From: Nemertoderma westbladi
Taxonomy: Eukaryota; Animalia; Xenacoelomorpha
Length of the DNA: 37,039 nucleotides
Direction of reading: 5' to 3'
Assembly (NCBI GenBank): GCA_032718475.1
Contig: JAUCBJ010001910.1
Span: 1 to 37,039, forward strand
In this document: one piece after another, positions 1 to 9,639 of the stretch
Layout: every line of letters begins with the position of its first letter
Position numbering within the stretch: the first letter of the stretch is position 1
Translations under genes and position numbers: made by a program
Notes under the pieces: generated by a model
The model's database searches: none
Seen by the model: the letters and a program-made list of their open reading frames with translations, nothing else
What the model was told of the DNA's origin: nothing

Positions 1-376
1 ATGAATAAAATGGCCTGTCAAGTCAAAAGAAATATTACGGTAGTATTATCTGTCTAACACACAGATTAGGCGAGTAAAATAAAAAGTATTAATGATATAC
101 AAGATATATATTTCCCAATAATATAATTCTGAACTATTTTCTAACGCAATGTAGAGAACACCTAATTCAAACACTATATTTCAACACACATCTATATTCT
201 GGCTCACCCACTATGGGGGATTGAGAAGAAACTATAGTTTTTAAAATTTAATATAATCTTTTTTAAGATTTGTAGACAGTAGACCGTATGACCTATGCCA
301 TTGTACCTGGCAATATATTATATCTATTAAATTTAATAAGTTATATTTCGTAGTATTTCAGATTTATAATCGAAAT

Positions 377-1690
377 CTAGCTAGCGATACGATATCTAAA
401 AGTAAAAACAGCCACCAAACAGAAAAGAAAAGGCAACCCAAACAAACTGAGAAGCGAGCATGCAGCTTCCATTCCAAAGTAATCATTGAGAAATCCACCA
501 AAAACTGGACCGATCATGGCGCCAATAGATAGTGAAATTCGAAGCATCTGTTGGAGAAGAGATCTAGTGTCAACATTATCTTGATAACCACAAACATTCA
601 CAGACAATCGTGTTTGGGTTTCTAAAGCAGGGGTTAGATATAAACCACATCCGAATCCAAGTAGAGCACATCCAGTGATAGAGATTGAGAGATAATGAGG
701 TAACCCTAGTACTTCTGTAGGGCCAATTAGTTGCATGGACACTGCTATTACCATTAAACCAATTACAGATGGTATGACAGTATGCTTCAATTTCTTTATC
801 GTTATGGACATGATTAGACCATTGAAAGTTTCAATACCGGGAATTATTATGTAGATACGACCAATATTGTATTGGTTAATATTGTACTCATGATAAATGT
901 AGGCAGCATAGTTCGCATAGGCAAATTGTGAAATTACGCTGTAATAAATGGTCAAAATAAATATAAGTGTTATTGCTGGATTCTTCAGAAGTCCAATATA
1001 AGTTGGTCTGACTTCTTTCGATTCACATCTGTCATGAAGATAAGCTGGTGACTCTATCCAGCAGTAAAGGACAATAATGAGAAACATCAAACCCGATATT
1101 ATAAATGGGAATTCAAAACCCAATGATGCAAAAATGTTTGAACCAAAAACTGGTGCAAGCATGAATCCTAAGTTGCCACTAACAACTGCTACACTAGTTA
1201 ATATACTTCTTTGTGTCGGCCACAATTCCATCAACAAACTGAATGCATACATAAAACTGATATTGAGTCCAACGGCTTCGATAATGCGCAGAGAAAAACA
1301 AGCGAATATATATAATTCATTGTCAGCATTTGGAATATATTCAACAAACCCAAATGCCAACTGGGAAACTGCCCCAATAATACCGAATAGACCCAAAGAG
1401 ATACGAGTTCCCCAATTGTTAATAGAGTGAGGGCAAGTAATGTAGATTACAAGTCTGACAGCAGAAAATACAGACAGTAATGCACCAATCAAAGTCTTCG
1501 ACCAGTCCCGGTCTTCCACAACAATTGGGTAGAACGACTCCAATAGATTCTGACACCAACCAGGTATCATTTGATATAACAGCAGCATGGAAACTAACAT
1601 ATAAAGTCTCCACCCCTTTCGATGTCCATCTTCTTTGGCACATCTTTGATTCGTTGCATTTGAGATAATTGGTGAGTTTTCATCTGACAT
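377..1690 (-). CDS. MFS transporter, SLC18B1 (vesicular polyamine transporter)-like, single coding exon, 437 aa
   Basis: Uninterrupted ATG-to-TAG ORF with about 12 hydrophobic segments in two halves. SLC18B1-like motifs: ESFYP..., LGFEFPFIISG, LIGP, SIGAMIGPVFGGFLNDYFG. A close paralog lies at 33445-34754. The subfamily was assigned by eye. Confidence 0.85.
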   Translation of the reverse strand: MSDENSPIISNATNQRCAKEDGHRKGWRLYMLVSMLLLYQMIPGWCQNLLESFYPIVVEDRDWSKTLIGALLSVFSAVRLVIYITCPHSINNWGTRISLGLFGIIGAVSQLAFGFVEYIPNADNELYIFACFSLRIIEAVGLNISFMYAFSLLMELWPTQRSILTSVAVVSGNLGFMLAPVFGSNIFASLGFEFPFIISGLMFLIIVLYCWIESPAYLHDRCESKEVRPTYIGLLKNPAITLIFILTIYYSVISQFAYANYAAYIYHEYNINQYNIGRIYIIIPGIETFNGLIMSITIKKLKHTVIPSVIGLMVIAVSMQLIGPTEVLGLPHYLSISITGCALLGFGCGLYLTPALETQTRLSVNVCGYQDNVDTRSLLQQMLRISLSIGAMIGPVFGGFLNDYFGMEAACSLLSLFGLPFLFCLVAVFTFRYRIAS

Positions 1691-2739
1691 TTTGCAAAGG
1701 TTTTAGTGTATCTGTATTTGTCTTTGATCCATCTGTATTGTCTATTTGTCTTTGGTCTATATATGTTTGTTAATCTGTATTATTAGATATTATATATCAT
1801 ATAATGTTTTTAATAGGATGTTAACTATAGTCCAGTGGATATATGCCGTTTTTCACTAAACCTTGCACGGGAGTATAATATAGTAAATGTTTTGAGTGAT
1901 TTTGGTAGTAAATTTTATTGTAATCAATAATGAGACTGATTGTATCACAGTTGACAATTAACAAATGGTGCATGTTGCCATTACTATCAAACTTACATCA
2001 CTGACTTATAGAGCACTTTTAGACAATTTTCATTTCAGTAACACTTCACATATTTTCGCTGGCCTGGAGACGATTATGTAATGTGTGTAGTTATTGAATG
2101 TATTTGGCTGAAAGTTGAATTTAATACCCCCATTGCAATTGCGGAATTTTTTAAATATATAAAGATAGGCCTACAACCTGGAATATAAGATTGATGTTAA
2201 TTTCATTGTACTATGTTATAGAAGTTATTTATAAAATTAATTTAACTGTACAGTAGAAATATTATTTTGCTTTAAAGGTTTAGCACACTTAATACCTTGA
2301 AATCGGGGCTGTACTCATTGGAATAATAGTGAGTAAGAAGGTTCTGGAACATTCCCCTGGGGGAACGAAAATCGTATTACTTTTGAATTTAAAGTCCGGT
2401 GTAGAGTTTGATAACTTTTAGGAAAATCCTCAATGACGCCAGTAGTTACCCGAATCAATTAAAACATTTATTATATAGGCCTACTTTCATGTTAAGTATA
2501 ATGTAATATAACCCAGGACCCTAGACTAATTGGAACTAAAGCTGATTTTATGAATAGTAACATTGCATATACTGTATTCACCATGTCCTGGAATATAGTG
2601 TCGTTATTCAGGTAGCTGACCCCCCCCCCCACCTCCTTCCCAAATTTTGTTACAAATCGTAATGAGATTGCATGAAATTTAAAACAGAGATAATTTCACC
2701 TCCCTCTTCCTTGCTGGGTGAGCCAGAATTTTTTCTTTC

Positions 2740-3100
2740 TTCGATAACCAGCGCCCAGGCCTGCTTTCCCACTAGAGTAGACGGACTCGGTTTTAGTTCT
2801 GCTGCGCATCTTGTATCATCTGCCTTCTCCACGCTATCCCACCACCTGTTCCCATTATAGAGGACAACCAGATCCTCAGTTGAGTTTGCCCTTACAGTGC
2901 ATGACACCTCCTTCCTCCGGGCTCACTGCCCCAAACTGTATAAGACCAACATATGTATGAAATCATGAAAAGATCCTCTCCAACCTCCGGCTTATTGTTT
3001 CACCGTCTGGAATCACTCAATTCGGGCAATGACCTCACAGCCTGCTGCTGGCTCAATGCACTACCAAGCACTGCACTGGGCCTCAAGCTCACAAACACCA
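2740..3100 (+). mobile_element. Decayed CRE-like (RLE) non-LTR retrotransposon, 5' part of fragment
   Basis: Translates to AQACFPTRVDGLGFSSAAHLVSSAF (cf. QAxLPxRxGGLG...AFLAS) and WLNALPSTALGLKLTNT (cf. WLxALP..LG..LD), with stops and frameshifts. Confidence 0.65.
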
Positions 3101-3601
3101 TTAGGGCAACGATTTGAAAATTTCATCGGCGAAATCGCGAAATTTCGCAAACGCAATGAAATCGTTTATTGTTTTGGTTAGAAAGGCCTGACTCTGTAAC
3201 CCTTTCCCTTCCCTTGTATTCGTTCATTGTTTTGGTTAGAATAGCTGTGTAACTGAAAAAAATACTGCAAAATTTAAATAAAAAAAATTATTTCAATATT
3301 TGTGTCGCAAAACAAAGTAATTACATGCAGTAAAGTATAAAGAAAACGAATGAAATATAACTAAATGTAATATTTATAAAAGAAATAACATTTTTGTGGT
3401 GTACATAAATTCAATTTTATTTTCATGTTCTAGAACATTCGCAAAAAACGCGCCGTTTGCGAAATTTCCATAAATGTTTAAAATCTTTGTTACAATGTAT
3501 TTTATGTTATTTTTGTGTATGTATTTTGAATTGATGTGGGGCGAGCCACGAAGTTGGCGAATTGACACTGTTAGGGGGTGGGTCAATTTATGCAAATAGT
3601 T

Positions 3602-3665
3602 GTCGTCGTCGTCGTCGTCGTCGTTGTCGTCGTCGTCGTTGTCGTCGTCGTCGTTGTCGTCGTCG
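3602..3665. repeat. (GTC/GTT)n microsatellite
   Basis: About 21 trinucleotide units, read directly. Confidence 0.95.
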
Positions 3666-3919
3666 TTACGATTTTGACATGCTAATAACTTTGTCGGATT
3701 TAAAGCTGCCAAGTTGAAAATTTGTAGGTATCAATATGAGCAAAAGTTGAGATTTTTGAGAGACTTTCAGACACCATCAGTGCAATGGTCTCCCGCTAGA
3801 GGGCCACATGTCTAAACATTAAATGCCCTCCCATTTCTTTGCTTTTAATCCGTTTAAGCTGAAACTTGGCAGATATGTATTAGACCATTAGCTGTGACTT
3901 TCAAGGGAGGCGAATCCAT

Positions 3920-3951
3920 CTGCAGTTCTCCAGTCTGCCGCTAGAGGGCCA
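3920..3951 (+). promoter_or_regulatory. CTCF-like motif (upstream module plus core); second core at 3793-3806
   Basis: CTGCAGTTCT-CCAGT-CTG-CCGCTAGAGGGCCA resembles the CTCF upstream TGCAG module plus the CCASYAGRKGGC core. This is a motif match only. Confidence 0.4.
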
Positions 3952-4077
3952 ACGTGACTATTTGCATAAATTGACCTACCCCCTAACAGTGTCAATTCGC
4001 TAAGGCTCTGCCAACTTCGTGCTGCGCGAAGTCCCCACTTCGTGTATTTAATGTTTTAATGTTTAAAATTTCCCTAT

Positions 4078-4690
4078 TCACCAATACCCAGTTTCGGATA
4101 GCCATTGCAACACGACTGGGTTGCAAAATGGTCGAATCCCACGTCGAGTACGCAATCGGTGTGACAAGCCAGTGGCCAACAATAGACTCCGTAGACTTTT
4201 CTGCAGGTCGAGTGCTGGTCAGTTCCCGTGACATATGATGATAAACCACATCATCCAGCATTGATCAGTTGTGGGATCCCATCCATGCTGGAGCCTTCAG
4301 CTCTGTGCCGGAGGGATGAGAAACAAGTAGATTGGTTGACTCTGGTACCGTGGAGTCAGGAATGTACCCTTACATGGGATGTCACTGTCACTGTCGTCGA
4401 CCCTATGGTGCCAAGCTTCCTCCAGAAGACCGTTGTCGATGGTGGTCAGATGGCAGAATGGAGGGATCGGGAGTATAATGAAACATAACGAGAAGTGATG
4501 GGGTGGGGCCACATCTTATGCCCTGTAGCTTTCAATGCATTTTCTAGGCATGGACCGGAGGCAGCTAGCTATCTTCCTCCATGAATTAGGCTCCCACCTC
4601 CATGCCAATGCTCACGATCCCTGATTACAACAGTTCCTTCTCCAACAAATCCTCATTGCCTTGGTAATGGCGGCAGCTGCGTCTTTTTCC
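4078..4690 (+). mobile_element. Decayed CRE-like (RLE) non-LTR retrotransposon, 3' part: zinc knuckle and restriction-like endonuclease relic
   Basis: QFRIAIATRLG, CRSSAGQFP*HMMINHII, GIPSMLEPSALCRRDEKQVDWLTLVPW...LTWDVT (cf. LEPxGLxRxDGKRPDGxTLVPW...WDVT) and FLLQQILIAL, with multiple disablements. Confidence 0.7.
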
Positions 4691-4922
4691 AAAAGATTTT
4701 TTCATGGTGTTTTGGTATAGACTAGGTATAGACTCTGTTGTTGTGGAGTACTATAGCTTCAATTTAATTGTAAATGTGTTTTGAGTTATTATTATGTAAA
4801 AATATGTTCTGATATAAAATAGTTTATAATTTGTAATTGTAATTATTTTATTAATTTATATTATTAATACTTTGTATTTTAACATATTTACTTGTTACCG
4901 ACAATATACAATACACAATCGC

Positions 4923-5141
4923 ATTTAGTACCACCATAACCTCAGAAAGATATACTATCATTTAGTACCACCAAAACCTCAGAAAGATGTACTCTAATTT
5001 AGTACCACCACCATGACCTCAGAAAGATGAACTCTAATTTAGTACCACCATAACCTCAGAAATATATACTCTAATTTAGTACCACCAAAACCTCAGAAAG
5101 ATGTACTCTAATTTAGTGATGTACTCTAATTTTGTACCACC
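4923..5141. repeat. 37-bp satellite, left remnant (about 6 units)
   Basis: Same unit as the main array, including the 40-bp and 18-bp variants. Confidence 0.95.
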
Positions 5142-5683
5142 TAATTTTGTGCCTATTACTTTTATTATTAATTACTCTATCGTAGATAATGTAGTACCAG
5201 ACGAACTGAAATTAGCTAAGGTTGTTCCTCTGTATAAAAAGAATAGTAAAGTAGAACCCTGTAATTACAGACCTGTTAGTATCTTAAGTATTGTATCTAA
5301 AATTCTAGAACGTTCTGTTTTTCTACAGCTGGAGGCACATCTTAGTAGGCTAAATCTGATCTATGAACTTCAGTCCGGTTTTCGTAAATCATATTCTACA
5401 GACACCTGCCTTATTAACTTAACTGATACAATTAGATGTAATAACGCAAAGGGTTTATATACTGGTATGGTAATGTTGGACCTACAAAAGGCTTTCGATA
5501 CTGTAGATCACGAAATTCTGCTTGGTAAGTTAGGCCTGATGGGTGTAGGTTCTATAGACTGGTTCAAGTCCTACCTGTTAGACAGAGGTCAAACTGTAGT
5601 CATTAGCAAATCGCTGTCTACTGTACAAGAGATTACCTGTGGTGTACCGCAAGGTAGTATATTAGGTCCTCTGCTTTTTGTAT

Positions 5684-8374
5684 AATAATAATAATAAATG
5701 ATATTTGTATTTGGTGTTGCAGGCGCCCTTAGGGAGTATTTACACTCTTATCAGGGCGCCTGCAGCTGCCGCACTAATCTAATTTACAATTACCGGTAAA
5801 CAAAAGGGTTTTCAGTTCGCGCCTAAATGAGTCATAGGTCATCATGGATTCAGTTGATCGGGTCGATGGCGGTAGTTTATTCCACAAACGAGGGGCAAAC
5901 GAGTAGAAGCTCTTCGATGCTAGGGTGTTTTTCACAAGTGGGACAGAAAGCTTTGAGAGATTGCTGGATCGCAACATACGGGTATCCTCAAGGATAGATA
6001 TTTCATTGCGCAAATAAGTCGGGGCAGTCCCAGACAGACATTTAAATGTGATACAAGCAAGCTTATAATTAATCCGTGATTCAATGGGCAGCCAGTGAAG
6101 GGATTTCAGCATTGCCGTTGCCGAGGTGTACTTGTATTGTCCATTGATAACACGATATCGCGGAGAATGAGTAACCAATCTTGCAGCGCTGTTTTGTATC
6201 ATTTGTAGACGTTTAACTACTGATTTAGCGGATGTTTTAAGGACAGCGTTTGAATAGTCGATTCTGCTGGTTATGAATGCGTGGACTAGGGTTTCTAGAG
6301 CTGAAGTTGTAAGGTAAGGCCGAATTTTATACAAAGACCGGATATAATATTTCGATTTCGCTGCTGTTGCTACTATCTGATCTTTAAATTTCAATTCACT
6401 ATCAAACACAACTCCGAGAGATTTAACCTTATCAGAGAAATCTATCTTAACGTTTCTGTATACAATTGTTCTAGCATTCAGAGGTATCTTCATTCTTTGT
6501 TGTTTCGTGCCATATACAATCAGTTCAGTTTTATCTGGGTTAATTTGTAGGTGATTAACGTCCATCCAATCAGCAACAATATGTAGCACAGCAGTGATAC
6601 GAGTCTTCAGGGTCTCTATATCATCAGCATATCCAGTCACAAAGAATTGTGTGTCATCAGCATAGTTAGCACCTTTCACTCCTAATGCATCCACACGCCA
6701 GAACAGGTCAGTCATATACGCATTATAAAGTGCTGGCCCAAGGATACTTCCCTGAGGCACGCCGGTTTGAAGCAATGTTTTATCAGATGTACTCTCATCA
6801 ATTTTCACGCATTGATGTCTGTCAGCTAAATAGGACTCAAAGAGATTAAGTGCAGCACCAGTGAACCCAAATTCTTTACTGAGCTTAAATATAAGGTTTA
6901 TGTGATGGACAGTGTCGAACGCCGCACTCAAATCAATATAGGAGCACAAAGTAACTTGTTGATTTTCTATTCCCTTAAGAAATTTATTTAGAAGAAATAG
7001 ATTAGCAGTTTCAGTGGAATGGTGGCGTCTGTAACCAGACTGTGTCTGGTGAAAAGCTAGCTGTGGTGTAGCTCTATAAAGTATCACTTTCTCAACTACC
7101 TTAGATAAGAAACTAAGGTTTGACACTGGTCGATAATTTTTTAATATCTCAGCATCCAACTCCGGTTTCTTTAAGAGAGGTCTTACGATAGACAGTTTAA
7201 GAAAGGCTGGGAATTCCGCATCTGCTAAAACCATGTTTATATACATCGTTAAGGGCTGAATAACAACGGGAATTACTGATTTAAATAAAGGCGTTGGCAT
7301 ACAGTCCAGTTCGCAAGTTGCATTTGACATCTTCCTTATGAGTTGAGCTAAGTCCTCCTCTTGAAAAGGCTGAAATTCACAAAAGTCTGTTTTATACAAT
7401 TTTGGGAGATTATTACATAGACTGCTCGTATTGAATGTCAACATAATAGTGTTAATTTTTTCAGTGAAAAAATGTGAGAACTTTGTTGCCAACTCAGCAC
7501 TATTGCCATGCTTAGTCGGTAAAACAAGGTTTCCTCCCTTTCCCAATAACCTTTTGAACTGTTTCCACAGAAGTTTTGAGTTAGTCGAATTGGTATTAAT
7601 ATAATCGCAGTAAAACGCCCTTGTAGAATCGCGAAGCAATTTCGCTAGGTCCGACTTTGCTATATTTAGATTAACTTTGTTCTGCTCAGTCCGTTCTTTG
7701 TGAAACGCAAGTTCACACCGTCTCTTCTCCTTCCGTTTAGTCTGGATCCCCTCCCTATCTTCCTCCCTGATTTTCGAGTGTTTAGTGTTGATCTTTACAA
7801 TCTTCTCTTTCATGGGAACATGTCGTTCAAACAAATTCCTCAGGTTCTTTACCCACACCTCAAACCCTTTGCATGTTAAATCTCCACTACTCTTATCCAA
7901 TCCATTAACTTTCAGCTCCGTTATAAATTTATCCTTATCAAAGTTTTTCCAGGCTCGAAAACTTCTCCGTTCCTCATAAGATTTAGAGACATTTCTGGAC
8001 AGATTCGATATCCATCGCATACTGGCATGATCACTAAACACTTCGTCTATAGGATCCAGATCAACATCAGCGATTTTATAGCCCAGGCTAGCTACAAAAT
8101 CTAGAGTATGACCGTCCTTATGCGTTGGACCCGTCTTCTTGAAATCGAAACCGTGTGTCTCCAATAGATATTGGAACGACTTGTCAGATTCTAACCATAA
8201 ATTCGCATCGCCAAAAATAGTAATTGTGTCGAACTTTAACGACATGTCTTCCAATGTACTATCAATAATTTTCTTATACTCGACAATTGAAGTTGGATAC
8301 CTTTTACTATTTGGGAGGCGATGAACGACCATGAACAAGTCTTTGTCGGTTGCTAGAAGCAAGGATTCAAACTG
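5684..8374 (-). mobile_element. 5'-truncated L2-clade LINE nested antisense in the host LINE
   Basis: Flanked by a TTGTAT duplication (5678-5683 and 8375-8380). (TTA)n 3' tail, 3' stem-loop at 5718-5764, and a long EN-RT ORF. Confidence 0.92.
5774..8362 (-). CDS. LINE ORF2: partial AP-endonuclease plus reverse transcriptase (N-terminally truncated, 862 codons open)
   Basis: EN motifs GDAN, PTHKDGHTLD, SDH. RT motifs [32 protein letters not shown]2-type C-terminal LHWLPIESRINYK. There is no native start codon. Confidence 0.9.
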   Translation of the reverse strand: MLLATDKDLFMVVHRLPNSKRYPTSIVEYKKIIDSTLEDMSLKFDTITIFGDANLWLESDKSFQYLLETHGFDFKKTGPTHKDGHTLDFVASLGYKIADVDLDPIDEVFSDHASMRWISNLSRNVSKSYEERRSFRAWKNFDKDKFITELKVNGLDKSSGDLTCKGFEVWVKNLRNLFERHVPMKEKIVKINTKHSKIREEDREGIQTKRKEKRRCELAFHKERTEQNKVNLNIAKSDLAKLLRDSTRAFYCDYINTNSTNSKLLWKQFKRLLGKGGNLVLPTKHGNSAELATKFSHFFTEKINTIMLTFNTSSLCNNLPKLYKTDFCEFQPFQEEDLAQLIRKMSNATCELDCMPTPLFKSVIPVVIQPLTMYINMVLADAEFPAFLKLSIVRPLLKKPELDAEILKNYRPVSNLSFLSKVVEKVILYRATPQLAFHQTQSGYRRHHSTETANLFLLNKFLKGIENQQVTLCSYIDLSAAFDTVHHINLIFKLSKEFGFTGAALNLFESYLADRHQCVKIDESTSDKTLLQTGVPQGSILGPALYNAYMTDLFWRVDALGVKGANYADDTQFFVTGYADDIETLKTRITAVLHIVADWMDVNHLQINPDKTELIVYGTKQQRMKIPLNARTIVYRNVKIDFSDKVKSLGVVFDSELKFKDQIVATAAKSKYYIRSLYKIRPYLTTSALETLVHAFITSRIDYSNAVLKTSAKSVVKRLQMIQNSAARLVTHSPRYRVINGQYKYTSATAMLKSLHWLPIESRINYKLACITFKCLSGTAPTYLRNEISILEDTRMLRSSNLSKLSVPLVKNTLASKSFYSFAPRLWNKLPPSTRSTESMMTYDSFRRELKTLLFTGNCKLD

Positions 8375-9639
8375 TTGTATGCTATGTAAATGATATGATA
8401 AGTAGTATAGATCCCGATTTTAAACTCATTTTATATGCCGACGACAGTGCTCTTATTTTCTCTCATAAAGATCCTATCCATATTTCCCAAAAGTTAAGTG
8501 CAGTTCTAGAATCCTGTAATGAGTGGTTGGTTGATAATAAGCTATCCATTCACTACGGTAAAACTGAAAGTATTTTGTTTGGTTCCAAAAGAAAGTTAAA
8601 GAAGGTAACTAAGTTTGAAGTCACTAGTAATGGACATAAGATTGAAAATAAAAAGGAAGTTAAATAATTAGGCGCCACATTGGATAACTGCTTATCAGGA
8701 GAAAGTACAGTGAAAAATATTTTCTCGAAAGTTAACAGTAGGCTTAGGTTTCTATACAGAAATAAAAATAGTTTGAACACCGACTCCCGCAAGTTACTTT
8801 GCTCTTCTTTAATACAGTGTCACATGGGACTATGCGTGCTCTTCTTGGTATGAAGGCTTAACCAAACAGCTTAAATGTAAATTACAAGTAGCTCAGAATA
8901 AAGTAGTACGATTTATTAAAGACTACAAACCTAGGCACCACCTAACTCCAGATGACTTTTCTGAATCTGGACTACTTAACTTAGATAGTAGAGTTAAGCA
9001 GCTACGCCTTAACCATGTGCACAAAGTGTATAATGGTAAATGTCCCAATTACCTAAAACAAAAATTCAACAGAGTACGCGATACACACTCTTACAGTACC
9101 AGAGCTAGTGCTTCAAACTTCTACCTCCCGAATTGTAAATCCTTTGAATCTGATACTTTCTTTTTTAACGGCATAAAAAATTGGAACGCTCTGCCTAATG
9201 AAATTAAAAACCTAAATAATCAACATTCTTTTAAATCTGCAGTTAAATCTCATCTCCGTGTGCAATGTAAAAATAGGTACAATAGTCCTACAGTAAGTTA
9301 TTAGTTTATTAATTATTTACTATTTATACTGTAATTACGTTTTATAATAAATTGTTCTGTACATTACATCTTTATCGTTGAGTCGGGCATTGTCACGCTC
9401 TCGGTAAAGTTGTACATGTACATAGTGTAATTACGTTTTATATTGGTTTTAGGTTAGCGTAGTGTAATATTGTATTTGTAACCAAGTAACATAAAGGACC
9501 CCCTTGGAAATAAGCTGCAAAGCTTTAGAGGTAATCCTATATGTTATGTTGGACAATACGTTTATACCGGTACATTGTTTGGTGTATTTGTTATTGTTTT
9601 TACATAATGTATAAATAAATCTATCTATCTATCTATCTA

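Larger units (their letters stand above)
3533..4042. mobile_element. MITE / Helentron-associated (HINE, DINE-1/pearl-like) element
   Basis: 44-bp inverted repeat 3557-3600 vs 3957-4000 (1 mismatch). Outer inverted motifs GATGTGGGG / CCCCACTTC. A (GTC)n microsatellite follows the left arm, and there is a terminal hairpin CGAAGT-CCCC-ACTTCG at 4027-4042. Confidence 0.7.
3102..4076. mobile_element. Non-autonomous insertion (possibly hAT-type MITE) splitting the CRE-like element
   Basis: Starts TAGGGCAA and ends TTTCCCTA, with repeated GCGAAA/CGCAAA motifs inside. CRE coding homology stops at ~3100 and resumes at ~4078. The TSD is only degenerate. Confidence 0.45.
5142..9638 (+). mobile_element. 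5'-truncated L2-group (L2/Crack/Daphne-like) LINE, interrupted at 5684-8374
   Basis: RT motifs [39 protein letters not shown] | CYVNDM, LYADD. In-frame stop at 8665-8667 (EVK*LG), frameshift near 8826, ORF ends at 9304. AATAAA followed by an (ATCT)5 tail at 9619-9638. Confidence 0.9.

Noticed and set aside
1077-1668. Short ORFs overlapping the MFS gene (and equivalents at 33300-33566 and 34483-34729)
   Set aside because: Shadow frames of the transporter CDS, conserved only because the gene is duplicated.
3374-3712. Asp-rich 112-aa ORF
   Set aside because: Translation of the (GTC)n microsatellite within a MITE.
5101-5141. ATG start of the 194-aa ORF
   Set aside because: The first codons ([11 protein letters not shown]) are satellite sequence fused by chance to a truncated LINE.
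5101-9304. Novel RT-plus-repeat-array system (retron, DGR or telomerase-like)
   Set aside because: Both RTs are ordinary 5'-truncated L2-group LINEs with their own tails. They interrupt the array, and I saw no copy of the 37-bp unit inside them that could serve as a template.
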